In this document: in pieces, positions 29,306-40,869 of the stretch
How the letters are laid out: each line of letters begins with the position of its first letter
How positions within the stretch are numbered: the first letter of the stretch is position 1
From: an uncultured Pseudomonadota bacterium
GTDB taxonomy: Bacteria > Oederibacteriota > Muellerivitia > Muellerivitales > Muellerivitaceae
Length of the DNA stretch: 64,000 nucleotides
Direction of reading: 5' to 3'
NCBI GenBank assembly: GCA_963770835.1
Contig: CAVYRH010000007.1
Location: forward strand, 1 to 64,000
Program-made: the position numbers and the translations under genes
Notes under the pieces: generated by a model
The model's input: the letters and a program-made list of their open reading frames with translations, nothing else
Database searches by the model: none
What the model was told of the DNA's origin: nothing

Positions 29306-31767
29306 CCGCTAGTAACCCGTCCAATCTGCGACAGGCGTTTAAAATTTTGGGCTTGGCTCTCTTATATTTCATCGCCGCCAAATGGGGCCTGTTGATGGCG
29401 ATTGTCCAGTCCAACGCAACAGCCATTTGGCCGCCGACGGGGATCGCTTTGGCAGCCCTCCTAGTGGGGGGGCGCCGTCTTTGGCCTGGAATTTTTCTGG
29501 GTGCTTTCGCGGCGAACCTTTCGACCGCCGGAACCATTTGGACCTCCTTGGGAATTGGGGCGGGAAATACCCTAGAGGCGCTTGTGGGATCGACCTTGGT
29601 CATCCACTTTGCCGGGGGGCGGGAAGCGCTTCTAAAATCCGCCAATCTTTTCAAATTCGCCTTCCTGGGGGGGCTGATGGCTCCGCTGGTGAGCGCTACT
29701 GTGGGGGTCGGTACCCTGGCGCTGGCCGGCATGACGGGTCCGGCTTCTTTTCGGGCCGTGTGGATGACCTGGTGGCTGGGTGACATCGGTGGTGCCCTCC
29801 TTTTCGCCCCCCCGATCCTTTTGTGGCCACAAGGATGGAATTGGAAAGTCAATGCCCGCCGTTTCCTGGAAGGGGCCTTCCTAACAATGTTTCTCCTGCT
29901 GGCCGCCTGGGTTTTGTACGGCGGTAAGACACTTCTCTCCACTGAAAACGCCAATGCTGAATTTCTCTTTTTACCGTTGTTTTTGTGGGTGGCCATACGG
30001 TTCGGCCCCTTTCCGTCCTGCTTGGCGGTGATGTTCATCAGCCTAGCTTCCATCCGAGGAACCCTTATCGGCCTGGGCCCTTTTCATGCGGCCACCCTGA
30101 ACCAATCCCTTTTATTACTCCAAAGCTTCATGGGCGTGACCAGTTTGACCATCCTGGCGCTGGCTTCCGGCATAGCCGAACGAAAGCAAGCCGAGGAAGG
30201 CCTCCGGACTTCCCAGTCCGATCTCCAATTGCGGGTTCTCGAGCGAACGGAGGAACTGACGCGGATAAATCGGGAGTTGAAAAAGAAAAGCTACGAAATG
30301 GAAAACAGCGAGAAATACTTCAGGGCCCTTATCGAGAACGCCTTGGACATTGTGACCATCCTGGACGGAAGGGGAACTATCCTTTTCGAGAGCCCCTCCA
30401 TCAAACGCGTCCTTGGCTACGGATCCACCGAACTTAACGGGATGAATACCTTTAGCTTGGTCCACCCCGAGGATTTGCCCCGGGTCCAGGAAGCCTTCGG
30501 GGGAGTTTTGGAAGGCCCCGGAAATATCCGTTCCGTCAAATTCCGTTTCAGGCACAAGGATGGTTCCTGGCGCAACTTGGAATCCATCGGTACCAACCTT
30601 ATTTCGGATGAGGCCATCCAAGGGGTGGTGGTCAATTCCCGCGACATTACCCTTGAGGAAGAAGCCCAAAGGGCCCTGGCGGAAAGGGAGGAGAGGCTCC
30701 GTTTGTTGGTTGAAACCGTGCAGGATTACGCCATCATTCTCCTGAACCCTGAGGGCCGGGTGGAAAGTTGGAATGTGGGAGCGCAACGAATCGAAGGTTA
30801 TGAAGCCCGGGAGATTATTGGAAAGCATTTTTCTTATTTTTATCCTCCAGAAGTAGTGAAGGAGGGGAAGCCTGAAAAACTCCTGGATCAGGCTGTTCAA
30901 ATGGGCCGTGTGGAAGACGAAGGCTGGCGGGTACGTAAAGATGGCTCGAGATTTTGGGCCGATACCATCCTCACGGTCTTAAAAGATAATAAGGGACAAT
31001 TGATGGGGTTCGCCAAGATTACCCGTGACATGACCCAACGCAAACAAATGGAGGAACTTGCCCGATCCAACCAGGAATTGGAACAATTCGCCTACGTGGC
31101 CTCCCACGACCTGCAAGAACCCTTAAGGATGGTCACCAGCTACGTCCAGCTCCTGGCGCATAAGTACGGGAATAAGTTGGACAGGGAGGCCGATAGTTAT
31201 ATTCAACAGGCCGTGGACGGTGCCAAACGGATGCAGGCCCTCATCAACGACCTTTTGGCCTATTCCCGGGTGGGGAACCAGCGGCGGTCTTTCGATCGAG
31301 TGGATTTCGAGGAGGTGTTGGCTGGTGCCCTCCGGAACCTGGAGACGACCTTGAAAGAAACCGGCGCCCGCGTGACCCATGGACTCCTGCCAACCGTAGT
31401 AGGCGATTTTCCCCAGTTCCTCCAGCTTCTCCAAAACCTTATCGGGAACTCCCTTAAGTTCAGGGGAAAGAACGTTCCGGCCGTCCACGTGGATGTTGTT
31501 CGAAAGGGGGAGGAGTGGGTCTTTTCGGTCCGGGACAACGGCATTGGAATCGATCCCAAGTACAGCGAGCGAATTTTTGAGGTTTTCAAGCGTTTACATA
31601 CCCGGTCCGAATATCCGGGAACGGGAATCGGACTGGCGATCTGCCGGAAAGTCGTCACTCAATATGGGGGGCGTATCTGGATTGAATCCAAAGAAGGAGA
31701 GGGAGCCACTGTTTATTGGACCCTTCCGGTACCGAAAGGAGCATCCCTTGAATCGAGATCCGTTTAA
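29302..31767 (+). CDS. MASE1-PAS-PAS sensor histidine kinase
   Basis: IWPPTGIALA, WWLGD (MASE1); two PAS domains; ASHDLQEPLR H-box; NLIGN, DNGIG, GTGIGL. Confidence 0.93.
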   Translation: MTASNPSNLRQAFKILGLALLYFIAAKWGLLMAIVQSNATAIWPPTGIALAALLVGGRRLWPGIFLGAFAANLSTAGTIWTSLGIGAGNTLEALVGSTLVIHFAGGREALLKSANLFKFAFLGGLMAPLVSATVGVGTLALAGMTGPASFRAVWMTWWLGDIGGALLFAPPILLWPQGWNWKVNARRFLEGAFLTMFLLLAAWVLYGGKTLLSTENANAEFLFLPLFLWVAIRFGPFPSCLAVMFISLASIRGTLIGLGPFHAATLNQSLLLLQSFMGVTSLTILALASGIAERKQAEEGLRTSQSDLQLRVLERTEELTRINRELKKKSYEMENSEKYFRALIENALDIVTILDGRGTILFESPSIKRVLGYGSTELNGMNTFSLVHPEDLPRVQEAFGGVLEGPGNIRSVKFRFRHKDGSWRNLESIGTNLISDEAIQGVVVNSRDITLEEEAQRALAEREERLRLLVETVQDYAIILLNPEGRVESWNVGAQRIEGYEAREIIGKHFSYFYPPEVVKEGKPEKLLDQAVQMGRVEDEGWRVRKDGSRFWADTILTVLKDNKGQLMGFAKITRDMTQRKQMEELARSNQELEQFAYVASHDLQEPLRMVTSYVQLLAHKYGNKLDREADSYIQQAVDGAKRMQALINDLLAYSRVGNQRRSFDRVDFEEVLAGALRNLETTLKETGARVTHGLLPTVVGDFPQFLQLLQNLIGNSLKFRGKNVPAVHVDVVRKGEEWVFSVRDNGIGIDPKYSERIFEVFKRLHTRSEYPGTGIGLAICRKVVTQYGGRIWIESKEGEGATVYWTLPVPKGASLESRSV

Positions 31768-32230
31768 TGATGTCCGGATTCTGGCTGTGGAGGACAATAT
31801 GGGGGACGTAGTGCTTTTAACCGAGGCTTTCAAGGAAAGTCAAATCAAGGCGAAGATGAAAGTGGTGACCACCGGCGAAGAAGCGATGGATTACCTCAAG
31901 GGGGGTGAAAAACGCGGGGACGATCCGATGCCGGACCTCATTTTGCTGGATCTTAACCTTCCTCGGATGGATGGAAGGGCTCTTCTGAGGCGGTTGAAAA
32001 GCGACCCTGTGCTTAAATCGCTCCCCATCATCGTTTTAAGCAGCTCCAGCTTGGAAACGGATATTCGCGAAGTTTACGACATGAACGCGAACTGTTATAT
32101 TGTCAAGCCGTCCGATTTGGAGGGCTTTTTCAAGGTGGCGAAAAGCTTGAAGGAGTTTTGGCTTTCCCAAGTACGGCTACCTCTTCATACACAACCCGTA
32201 AGATGGCAAAAAGAAGAAGGAGGAGAATAA
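31748..32230 (+). CDS. Single-domain response regulator (Rcp1-like)
   Basis: AAAGGAG RBS before TTG 31748; VEDN, PDLILLDLNLP, ANCYIVKP. Confidence 0.9.
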   Translation: MNRDPFNDVRILAVEDNMGDVVLLTEAFKESQIKAKMKVVTTGEEAMDYLKGGEKRGDDPMPDLILLDLNLPRMDGRALLRRLKSDPVLKSLPIIVLSSSSLETDIREVYDMNANCYIVKPSDLEGFFKVAKSLKEFWLSQVRLPLHTQPVRWQKEEGGE

Positions 32231-32686
32231 ATGGCGCTGAGACCAAAAGTCGCCGGGCGTATTCTGGAAGTCCTTCATATCGAAGATAACCTGGGTGATG
32301 TAGTGCTTCTGAAAAAAGCCGTGAAAGAAGCCGGCTTTCCCATGCATTTAAGCACCGTTGGCGATTGGGAAGAGGCTTTGATGTTCCTGGGCCGGCAGGG
32401 GCGTTACACCCAAAGCCCAAAGCCGGATGTTCTTCTACTGGACTTGAACCTGCCGAAAAAAGATGGAATGACCATTCTGGTCGAGATCCGGCAAAATCCG
32501 GATTGGAAAAGCCTGCCGGTCATCATTTTAACGAGCTCGGAGAGCGATTTGGACCGGGACTGGGCTGACCGGCTTAATGTCAGCCATTTTGTCACCAAAC
32601 CCATGGATCCAAACCAATATGGAGAATTATTGAGGCATCTAAAAGAATTTTGGATAAAAAGTTTTCGAACACATCGAAAGATATAG
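32231..32686 (+). CDS. Single-domain response regulator (Rcp1-like)
   Basis: IEDN, PDVLLLDLNLP, LTSS, TKP. Confidence 0.9.
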   Translation: MALRPKVAGRILEVLHIEDNLGDVVLLKKAVKEAGFPMHLSTVGDWEEALMFLGRQGRYTQSPKPDVLLLDLNLPKKDGMTILVEIRQNPDWKSLPVIILTSSESDLDRDWADRLNVSHFVTKPMDPNQYGELLRHLKEFWIKSFRTHRKI

Positions 32687-33073
32687 GCTAAAAACCCGCC
32701 AAAAGATTGAATGACTCAAACTAATTATTCGTAATGAACGTTTTTTAGCTGTTTTTGGTACCTTCGCTGATAGCGCCTAATGTTTTCTCGGCTCCCACCT
32801 GAAAAAAGACCATTATTCGAAGAGATTAAAATTTCCACTCGAATACTGGGTTTTCCCAAACTCAAAATGACACACCCCACTTGAATTTCGAAAATTCCGG
32901 TTTTTAAACTATAGAGGGGAGTTTATCCTCTAGTTAAATCGATTCCTTTAAAGCCGGTGCACTGGCTTCGAAAAAATAAAAAATAAAACTTAAAGCTGAA
33001 ATTCTTCGCCTGAGCGCCTTCAGGCCAGGTTGTCTTCGCATCATAGATGATTTATTTTTTTAAGGAGGCCGTG

Positions 33074-36000
33074 ATGGACACCGGTGTCTTGGAACAGGAA
33101 CTTGACAGCCAAAAACTGATTCTGGCTTTGAACGCCCTTAAAAACGGGGATTTTTCCGTCCGCCTTCCGAACGACTGGACGGGAAAGGCAGGGAAAATCG
33201 CCGACACTTTCAACCAGGTGGTGGAACGCAACCAAAAAATGGCCCGGGAACTGGAGCGGCTCGGACTGGAAGTCGGGGTCGAGGGGAAAATCGACCAGAG
33301 GGCGAACATCGGCGAGTTTACCGGATCTTGGGCCGGAATGGTTTCTTCCGTCAACACCCTGGTGGAGGAATTGGTCCGCCCCACCAGCGAGATGTCCCGT
33401 GTCATCGGGGCCGTCGCCAAGGGGGACCTTTCCCAGACCGCGATGTTGGAATTGGGCGACAGGCCCCTCAAGGGGGAGTTTTTTAAGACGGCGAAGACCG
33501 TCAATACGATGGTGGACCTGCTGAATTCCTTCACCTCGGAGGTCACGCGCGTGGCCCGTGAGGTGGGGACCGAGGGGAAACTCGGCGGCCAAGCCACGGT
33601 CAAGGGCTTGGTGGGCATCTGGAAAGACCTCACCGACAACGTCAATTCCATGGCCAGCAACTTGACCGGCCAAGTGCGCAACATCGCCGAAGTCACCATC
33701 GCGGTGGCCAATGGCGACCTTTCGAAAAAAATCACCGTGGACGTGCGCGGCGAAATCCTACAGTTGAAGGAAACCATCAACACCATGGTGGACCAGCTGC
33801 GCTCCTTCGCCTCCGAGGTCACCCGTGTGGCCCGTGAGGTGGGGACCGAGGGGAAACTCGGCGGCCAAGCCATCGTTCCGGGCGTGGCCGGAACTTGGAG
33901 AGACCTCACCGACAACGTCAATTCCATGGCCAGCAACTTGACCGGCCAAGTGCGCAATATCGCCGAGGTCACCACCGCCGTGGCGCGGGGCGATCTTTCC
34001 CGGAAAATCACCGTGGACGTGCGCGGGGAAATCCTGGAGTTGAAGGACACCATCAACACCATGGTCGACCAGCTCAACAGTTTCGCGGGCGAGGTGACCC
34101 GCGTCGCGCGCGAAGTGGGGACTGAGGGAAAATTGGGCGGACAAGCCCAAGTGCCGGGCGTGGGGGGCACCTGGAAGGACTTGACCGACAGCGTCAATAT
34201 CATGGCCGGAAACCTGACCGGCCAAGTCCGCAATATCGCCGATGTCACCATCGCGGTGGCCAATGGCGACCTTTCCAAGAAGATCACCGCCGATGTGCGG
34301 GGCGAAATCCTTCAATTGAAAGAAACGATCAACACCATGGTGGACCAATTGCGGTCCTTCGCCTCCGAGGTGACCCGCGTGGCCCGTGAGGTGGGGACCG
34401 AAGGGAAGCTGGGCGGGCAGGCTATTGTTCCCGGCGTGGCCGGAACCTGGAAAGACCTGACCGATAATGTGAATTTCATGGCCGGCAACCTGACCAGCCA
34501 GGTGCGCAATATCGCGGACGTCACCACTGCCGTGGCCAAAGGCGACCTTTCCCGCAAAATTACGGTGGACGTCAAGGGCGAAATTTTGGAGCTCAAAAAC
34601 ACCATTAATACCATGGTGGACCAACTTTCCTCCTTCGCCTCCGAGGTCACCCGCGTGGCCCGTGAGGTGGGAACCGAGGGAAAACTGGGCGGCCAGGCCC
34701 AAGTGCCCGGCGTTGCCGGAACCTGGAAAGACCTGACCGACAACGTGAATTTCATGGCTGGCAACCTGACCAGCCAGGTGCGTAACATCGCCGCGGTCAC
34801 CACGGCCGTGGCCAAAGGGGACCTGTCCAAGAAAATCACCGTGGACGTGCGCGGCGAAATCCTGGAGCTGAAGGACACCATCAACACCATGGTGGACCAG
34901 CTCAACGGCTTCGCCGGCGAGGTGACCCGCGTCGCGCGCGAAGTGGGGACCGAGGGGAAACTGGGGGGCCAGGCGCAGGTGCCCGGCGTGGGAGGAACCT
35001 GGAAGGACCTGACCGACAGTGTCAATTTCATGGCCAGTAACTTGACAGCCCAAGTGCGCAATATCGCCGACGTGACCACCGCGGTGGCCAAGGGGGACCT
35101 CTCCAAGAAAATCACCGCCGACGTGCGCGGCGAAATCCTGCAGTTGAAGGAAACCATCAATACCATGGTGGACCAGCTTTCCTCCTTCGCCTCCGAGGTC
35201 ACCCGCGTGGCCCGCGAGGTAGGAACCGAGGGAAAACTGGGCGGCCAGGCGCAAGTGCCCGGCGTAGCCGGGACATGGAAGGACCTGACCGACAGCGTCA
35301 ATTTGATGGCTTCCAATTTGACCGACCAGGTCCGGAACATCGCCGACGTGACCACCGCCGTGGCCCGGGGCGACCTTTCCCGCAAGATTACGGTGGACGT
35401 TAAGGGCGAAATTTTCGAGCTCAAAAACACCATCAATATCATGGTCGACCAGCTTTCCTCCTTCGCCTCTGAGGTCACGCGGGTCGCCCGCGAGGTCGGC
35501 ACGGAGGGAAAACTGGGCGGCCAGGCGCAGGTGCCCGGCGTGGGCGGCACCTGGAAGGACCTGACCGATAACGTCAACTTCATGGCGGGGAACCTGACCA
35601 GCCAGGTGCGCAACATCGCGGCGGTCACCACCGCCGTGGCCAGGGGAGACCTTTCCAAGAAAATTACGGTGGACGTCAAGGGCGAGATTTTGGAATTAAA
35701 GGACACCATCAACACCATGGTGGGCCAGCTTTCCTCCTTCGCCTCCGAAGTGACCCGCGTGGCCCGCGAGGTGGGGACGGAAGGGAAACTGGGGGGCCAG
35801 GCGCAGGTACCGGGCGTCTCGGGCACATGGAAGGACCTGACCGACAACGTCAACCTGATGGCCGCCAACCTGACCGACCAGGTACGCGGCATCGCCAAGG
35901 TCGTGACCGCCGTCGCCAACGGCGACCTGACCAAGAAACTCGTCATGGCCGCCAAGGGCGAGATTGCCGCCCTGACCGACACCATCAACGCCATGATTGA

Positions 36001-38950
36001 CACGCTGGCCACCTTCTCAGCCCAGGTCACCACCGTGGCCCGGGAGGTCGGGGTAGAAGGCAAACTGGGGGGCCAAGCCAACGTTCCGGGAGCGGCCGGC
36101 ACCTGGAAGGCCCTGACCGACAATGTGAACCAGCTGGCGGCCAACTTGACCACCCAGGTGCGCGCTATCGCCGAGGTGGCCACGGCCGTCACCAAGGGCG
36201 ACTTGACCCGGTCCATCCGCGTGGAAGCCAGCGGGGAGGTGGAAACCCTCAAGGACACCATCAACCAGATGATCGCCAACCTGCGCGGCACCACGCAAAA
36301 GAACGCCGACCAGGACTGGCTGAAAACCAACTTGGCCCACTTTACCCGCATGCTGCAGGGGCAAAGGGACCTGCAAACGGTGTCCTCCTCCATCCTGACC
36401 GAGCTTTCCAAAGTGGTTTCGGCGCGTTACGGCGTCTTTTATATCGCGGAAGCCAAGGAATCCGGCGGCACCCGCCTGAGGCTGCTCTCGGCCTTCGCCC
36501 CCCAGCCCGCGGAAACATTGAAACAGGAAGTTGCCATCGGCGAGGGGCTTATCGGGGAATGCGCGAAGAACAAGGAGAGGATCATCCTCACCGGCGCGCC
36601 CCAGGACTATATCAAGGTGAGTTCCGGCCTCGGCGAGGCCCAACCCGGCCATATCGTGGTGCTACCGACCCTGTTCGAAGGCCAGATGAAGGCGGTACTG
36701 GAACTGGCCTCCTTCGAGCCCTTCAACCCAACCCAGCTGGCCTTCCTGGACCAATTGGTGGAAGTCATCGGGATCGTGCTCAACAACCTGGAGGCCACCC
36801 TCCGGACTGAGACACTCCTGAAGAGCCTCCAGCACCAGCAGGAGGAATTGCGCCGCACCAACCAGGCCCTGGAAGAGAAGGCCGACCAGCTGGCCCTGAC
36901 CTCCAAGTACAAGTCCGAATTCCTTTCCAACATGTCCCACGAGCTTCGCACACCGCTCAACAGCATGCTGATCCTATCCCAGCAACTGGCGGAGGATTCG
37001 GCCCACCTCACCGAGAAGCAGATCGAATACGCCAAGACCATCCACGCCTCGGGCGGGGACCTGCTGGCGCTCATCAACGACATCCTGGACCTCTCCAAGG
37101 TGGAGTCCGGGACCATGACGCTGGACCTCAACAACATGGCCTTCACGGAAATGCGCCAGCACCTGGACCGCGTGTTCCGCCACGTGGCCGAAGGCAAGGA
37201 CCTCCACTTCGCCATCGAGGTGGACCCCATCACGCCCGAGGAAATCTACACCGACGGCAAGCGCCTGGAGCAGATCCTGAGGAACCTACTCTCCAACGCC
37301 TTCAAGTTCACGGAAAAGGGCTCGGTGTCCCTCCGCGTGGCCCCCGCCAATAGCGGCTGGAGCGTCGACCACCCCATCCTCAGCCAGGCGGAGTCGGTCA
37401 TCGCCTTCACGGTTTCCGACACGGGCATCGGCATCCCGCGCGACAAGCAGAAGATCATCTTCGAGGCCTTCCAGCAGGCCGAGTCCGGCACCAGCCGCAA
37501 GTACGGCGGAACCGGCTTGGGGCTTTCCATCAGCCGCGAGCTGGCCAAATTGCTCGGGGGGCAGGTCATCCTGGCCTCGAGCGTCTCGGGCAAGGGGAGC
37601 ACCTTCGTACTTTATATCCCCACGGCCTTCCGCTCCCCCAGCGCCGAAACCAAGGTGGAAAAGAAGGAAGAGGCCGCGCCTTTCCTCCTGAACATGCCTT
37701 ACCGGCTGGCCAACCGCTTCACCCCCGACAGCCTGGAGCCTAAGGCCAACGTCATCGACGATGACCGCAACCACCTCCAGCCCGGCGATCTGGTCCTGCT
37801 CATCATCGAGGACGAACCCGCTTTCGCCCGCATCTTGGTGGAAGCGGCACACCAAAAAGGGTTCAAGGCCGTGGCGGCCGTCGGCGGGGACGAGGCCTTA
37901 AGGCTGGCCAACGAGATCAAGCCCAGCGCGGTCACGCTCGACATCCGCCTTCCGGACATGGACGGATGGAAGGTGCTGGCGCGCTTCAAAAACGACCCCA
38001 ATACCCGGCATATCCCCGTCCAGATCATCTCGGCGGACGAGGACCGCTTAAGGGGGCTCCAGGAGGGGGTGGTGGCGTTTTTCTCTAAGCCCGTTTCCAA
38101 GGATGAGATGAACCAGTCCCTGGATACCTTGCGCTCCTTCTGCTCGCGCCGGGTCCGGAACCTCCTTCTTCTCGCGGGGGAAAAAGGCACTCGGAACGCC
38201 TTGCGGGACCTCTTGGGGGGCGATGGTGTCGAGGTGACCCCCGCCAAAAACGCGGAGGAAGCACAGGATTTCCTGAAGAAAAACCAATTCGACTGCATGG
38301 TCCTGGTTCCCGACAAGGAAAGCGTGGGAATCCTCAAAACGATGAGAAAAGGCCCCCAGCGTGCGAACTTTCCCATCGTGGTCTACCAGGACCACGAGAC
38401 CGGCAAAAAGGAGGAGGAAGCCCTCCGGCTCGCGGCTAAGACCTTCGTGATCAAGGAGGCCAAGTCCACCGAGCGGCTTTTCGACGAAACCGCCCTTTAC
38501 CTGCATCGGGTGACGGCCAAGCTGCCGGAGGAGAAAAGGCAAATCGTGGAGAAACTCCACCAGCCGGGCCAAATCATGGTCGGCAAGAAGGCCCTGGTGG
38601 TGGACGACGACATGCGCAACATCTTCGCCATGACCAGCCTCCTGGAGCGCAACCAGATGGGTGTCGTCTCGGCGGAGAGCGGAAAAGAAGCCCTGGAGGT
38701 GCTGGCCAAGAATCCGGACGTGGATGTGGTGCTGATGGACATCATGATGCCGGAAATGGACGGTTACGACACCATGCAGGCGATCCGGAAGATCGAAAAT
38801 TTCAAGTCCCTGCCCATCATCGCCGTGACCGCGAAAGCGATGAAGGGGGACCGGGAAAAGTGCATCGAAATGGGGGCGTCCGACTACATCACCAAGCCTA
38901 TCGATTCCGACCAACTGCTCTCATTGATGCAGAACTGGCTGTACCGCTGA
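33074..38950 (+). CDS. Poly-HAMP-GAF hybrid histidine kinase with three receiver domains
   Basis: Tandem 92-aa HAMP repeats ([19 protein letters not shown]...WKDLTDNVN), [13 protein letters not shown], HATPase, REC x3; AGGAGG RBS. Confidence 0.95.
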   Translation: MDTGVLEQELDSQKLILALNALKNGDFSVRLPNDWTGKAGKIADTFNQVVERNQKMARELERLGLEVGVEGKIDQRANIGEFTGSWAGMVSSVNTLVEELVRPTSEMSRVIGAVAKGDLSQTAMLELGDRPLKGEFFKTAKTVNTMVDLLNSFTSEVTRVAREVGTEGKLGGQATVKGLVGIWKDLTDNVNSMASNLTGQVRNIAEVTIAVANGDLSKKITVDVRGEILQLKETINTMVDQLRSFASEVTRVAREVGTEGKLGGQAIVPGVAGTWRDLTDNVNSMASNLTGQVRNIAEVTTAVARGDLSRKITVDVRGEILELKDTINTMVDQLNSFAGEVTRVAREVGTEGKLGGQAQVPGVGGTWKDLTDSVNIMAGNLTGQVRNIADVTIAVANGDLSKKITADVRGEILQLKETINTMVDQLRSFASEVTRVAREVGTEGKLGGQAIVPGVAGTWKDLTDNVNFMAGNLTSQVRNIADVTTAVAKGDLSRKITVDVKGEILELKNTINTMVDQLSSFASEVTRVAREVGTEGKLGGQAQVPGVAGTWKDLTDNVNFMAGNLTSQVRNIAAVTTAVAKGDLSKKITVDVRGEILELKDTINTMVDQLNGFAGEVTRVAREVGTEGKLGGQAQVPGVGGTWKDLTDSVNFMASNLTAQVRNIADVTTAVAKGDLSKKITADVRGEILQLKETINTMVDQLSSFASEVTRVAREVGTEGKLGGQAQVPGVAGTWKDLTDSVNLMASNLTDQVRNIADVTTAVARGDLSRKITVDVKGEIFELKNTINIMVDQLSSFASEVTRVAREVGTEGKLGGQAQVPGVGGTWKDLTDNVNFMAGNLTSQVRNIAAVTTAVARGDLSKKITVDVKGEILELKDTINTMVGQLSSFASEVTRVAREVGTEGKLGGQAQVPGVSGTWKDLTDNVNLMAANLTDQVRGIAKVVTAVANGDLTKKLVMAAKGEIAALTDTINAMIDTLATFSAQVTTVAREVGVEGKLGGQANVPGAAGTWKALTDNVNQLAANLTTQVRAIAEVATAVTKGDLTRSIRVEASGEVETLKDTINQMIANLRGTTQKNADQDWLKTNLAHFTRMLQGQRDLQTVSSSILTELSKVVSARYGVFYIAEAKESGGTRLRLLSAFAPQPAETLKQEVAIGEGLIGECAKNKERIILTGAPQDYIKVSSGLGEAQPGHIVVLPTLFEGQMKAVLELASFEPFNPTQLAFLDQLVEVIGIVLNNLEATLRTETLLKSLQHQQEELRRTNQALEEKADQLALTSKYKSEFLSNMSHELRTPLNSMLILSQQLAEDSAHLTEKQIEYAKTIHASGGDLLALINDILDLSKVESGTMTLDLNNMAFTEMRQHLDRVFRHVAEGKDLHFAIEVDPITPEEIYTDGKRLEQILRNLLSNAFKFTEKGSVSLRVAPANSGWSVDHPILSQAESVIAFTVSDTGIGIPRDKQKIIFEAFQQAESGTSRKYGGTGLGLSISRELAKLLGGQVILASSVSGKGSTFVLYIPTAFRSPSAETKVEKKEEAAPFLLNMPYRLANRFTPDSLEPKANVIDDDRNHLQPGDLVLLIIEDEPAFARILVEAAHQKGFKAVAAVGGDEALRLANEIKPSAVTLDIRLPDMDGWKVLARFKNDPNTRHIPVQIISADEDRLRGLQEGVVAFFSKPVSKDEMNQSLDTLRSFCSRRVRNLLLLAGEKGTRNALRDLLGGDGVEVTPAKNAEEAQDFLKKNQFDCMVLVPDKESVGILKTMRKGPQRANFPIVVYQDHETGKKEEEALRLAAKTFVIKEAKSTERLFDETALYLHRVTAKLPEEKRQIVEKLHQPGQIMVGKKALVVDDDMRNIFAMTSLLERNQMGVVSAESGKEALEVLAKNPDVDVVLMDIMMPEMDGYDTMQAIRKIENFKSLPIIAVTAKAMKGDREKCIEMGASDYITKPIDSDQLLSLMQNWLYR
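33490..36290 (+). repeat. Tandem 276-bp coding repeat (about 10 units) of the HAMP array
   Basis: The W(K/R)(D/A)LTD(N/S)VN motif occurs 10 times at 92-aa spacing. Confidence 0.92.
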
Positions 38951-38969
38951 AAGTCAGCCGACAGATTTT

Positions 38970-39015
38970 AGATATTAGATTTTAGCTAATAGCTAACAGC
39001 CAAAATCTAATATCT
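38970..39015. repeat. Intergenic inverted repeat built from 7-bp units
   Basis: AGATATTAGATTTT (38970-38983) and AAAATCTAATATCT (39002-39015) are perfect complements. Confidence 0.8.
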
Positions 39016-39034
39016 GTTTCTCAAGGATGTGGAT

Positions 39035-40402
39035 ATGGAACCTGAGATACAAACCCAGACCCAAACCACCGGGGAAAAAGCCATTCCCGTGAATATCCTC
39101 ATGGTGGACGACGCTCCGGCCAACCTCCTGGCCCTGGAAGCGGTGCTGAAAGACCTGGGCCAAAGGCTGGTGAGGGCCAGATCGGGGCGGGAGGCCCTGC
39201 GGCACCTCATGAACGAGGAATTCGCCGTGATTCTCCTGGATGTGGCCATGCCCGTCATGGACGGTTTCGAGACCGCCCGGTTGATTCGCCAAAGGGACAA
39301 GAACCGCCTAACCCCCATTATCTTCCTGACGGCCGTCGGCCGGACGGATAACGAGATCTTCCGGGGATACGAAGTGGGGGCCGTGGATTACCTCCTCAAG
39401 CCCCTGGTTCCAGAGATCCTGAAATCCAAGGTGATGATTTTTATCGAGCTTTACAACAAGACCCGCCAGATCCAAAGCCTCAACACCGAGTTGGGGAAAA
39501 ATGTCCAAGAGTTGGAAGCTGCGAACCTCGAACTGAAAAAGGAAAACTCGGTCCGGCGGAGGGCCGAGCAAGAACTGCGATATTCCGAGGAAAAGTTGAG
39601 GAACCTCAACAGCTCCCTGGAGGAACGGGTCGCCGAGCGCACCGCGCTGGCCGAGGAAAGGGCCAAGGAGTTGGCCCGGTCCAACGCCGAACTGCAACAA
39701 TTCGTCCATATTTCCTCCCACGACCTCAAGGAACCTTTAAGGATGATCAACAGCTTCGTCCAGCTCCTGCAAAAAAATCTCGAGGGCAAATTGGACACCG
39801 ATACCGGGGAATACCTCCACTACGTCCTGGAAGGGGCCCGGCGGATACAAAGGCTCATCGACGACCTGCTGTCCTATACCCGCCTGGGGGCCCGCTCTCT
39901 TTCACCACAGTTGTTGGACTTGGGAGAAGTGGTGGGGGAGGCCCTTTCCAACCTGCAAATATCCATTGTGGAAACGGGAGCCTCCATTACCTGCGATCCC
40001 ATGCCCCAGGTGGAAGCCGACCGGACCCATTTGGTCCTGCTGTTCCAGAACCTGATCGGGAACGCCATCAAGTTCAACGGCGGGAAAAAGCCGCGAGTCC
40101 ATATCCGGGCCAAGGCGGAAATCGACAGCTGGGTTTTCAGCGTGGAAGACAACGGCATCGGCATCGATGCCCAATATTTCGAAAAGATATTCGTGGTTTT
40201 CCAGAGGTTGCACGCCCGGGAAGAATATCCCGGCACCGGTATCGGCCTGGCGCTCTGCAAGAAAATCGTCGAGCAGCATAATGGAAAAATCTGGGTGGAT
40301 TCGGAACCGGGGAAGGGTTCAACCTTTCATTTCACGATTCCCAGAATGGGCAAGGGGGCGCAACATGGCGGTCAAAATGGGCTTGGGCCAAAGGTCGGTT
40401 GA
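39035..40402 (+). CDS. REC-histidine kinase hybrid
   Basis: VDDAPANL, LLDVAMP, coiled coil, SHDLKEPLR, NLIGNAIKF, GTGIGL. Confidence 0.92.
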   Translation: MEPEIQTQTQTTGEKAIPVNILMVDDAPANLLALEAVLKDLGQRLVRARSGREALRHLMNEEFAVILLDVAMPVMDGFETARLIRQRDKNRLTPIIFLTAVGRTDNEIFRGYEVGAVDYLLKPLVPEILKSKVMIFIELYNKTRQIQSLNTELGKNVQELEAANLELKKENSVRRRAEQELRYSEEKLRNLNSSLEERVAERTALAEERAKELARSNAELQQFVHISSHDLKEPLRMINSFVQLLQKNLEGKLDTDTGEYLHYVLEGARRIQRLIDDLLSYTRLGARSLSPQLLDLGEVVGEALSNLQISIVETGASITCDPMPQVEADRTHLVLLFQNLIGNAIKFNGGKKPRVHIRAKAEIDSWVFSVEDNGIGIDAQYFEKIFVVFQRLHAREEYPGTGIGLALCKKIVEQHNGKIWVDSEPGKGSTFHFTIPRMGKGAQHGGQNGLGPKVG

Positions 40403-40805
40403 AATCCTCCTGGTGGAGGACAACCTGGGGGACATAACCCTCATGAAGGAAATCCTCAAAATGTCGAGGTTTCCCATTCGTTTGAACGTCGTCCGTAACG
40501 GATTGGAAGCTCTCGATTATCTTTATCATGAGGGCGAATACCAGAATTCCATCCGGCCGGACCTCATCCTGCTGGACCTCAATTTACCCAAAGTCGATGG
40601 AAGGGAAGTCCTGGCGCAAATCAAGCGGGACAGTTTACTGGGCCAAATTCCGACCCTCATCATGACTTCCTCGAAAAACGATGCGGATGTTTTGGAAGCT
40701 TATAAGAACAACGCGAATTTCTACATCGTCAAGCCCATGGATTTGGACCATTACATGGTCATCATGAAATACCTTGAGGACTTTTGGATCGAAAAGATTA
40801 AGTAA
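40365..40805 (+). CDS. Single-domain response regulator (Rcp1-like)
   Basis: LLVEDN, PDLILLDLNLP, ANFYIVKP. Confidence 0.9.
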   Translation: MAVKMGLGQRSVEILLVEDNLGDITLMKEILKMSRFPIRLNVVRNGLEALDYLYHEGEYQNSIRPDLILLDLNLPKVDGREVLAQIKRDSLLGQIPTLIMTSSKNDADVLEAYKNNANFYIVKPMDLDHYMVIMKYLEDFWIEKIK

Positions 40806-40869
40806 GCTCCCGTTGTTTCGATGAGTCTTATAAGATATCCGGGTGAAAAGCCTATCCCGGATGGAACGA

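Noticed and set aside
33490..36290. Regular repeats as a possible CRISPR array or DGR
   Set aside because: They are in-frame 276-bp coding units with no unique spacers, and no cas or reverse transcriptase gene is present.
33041..36411. Long minus-strand ORFs (411, 498 and 699 aa)
   Set aside because: Antisense shadows of the GC-rich HAMP repeat; the plus strand encodes the recognisable kinase.
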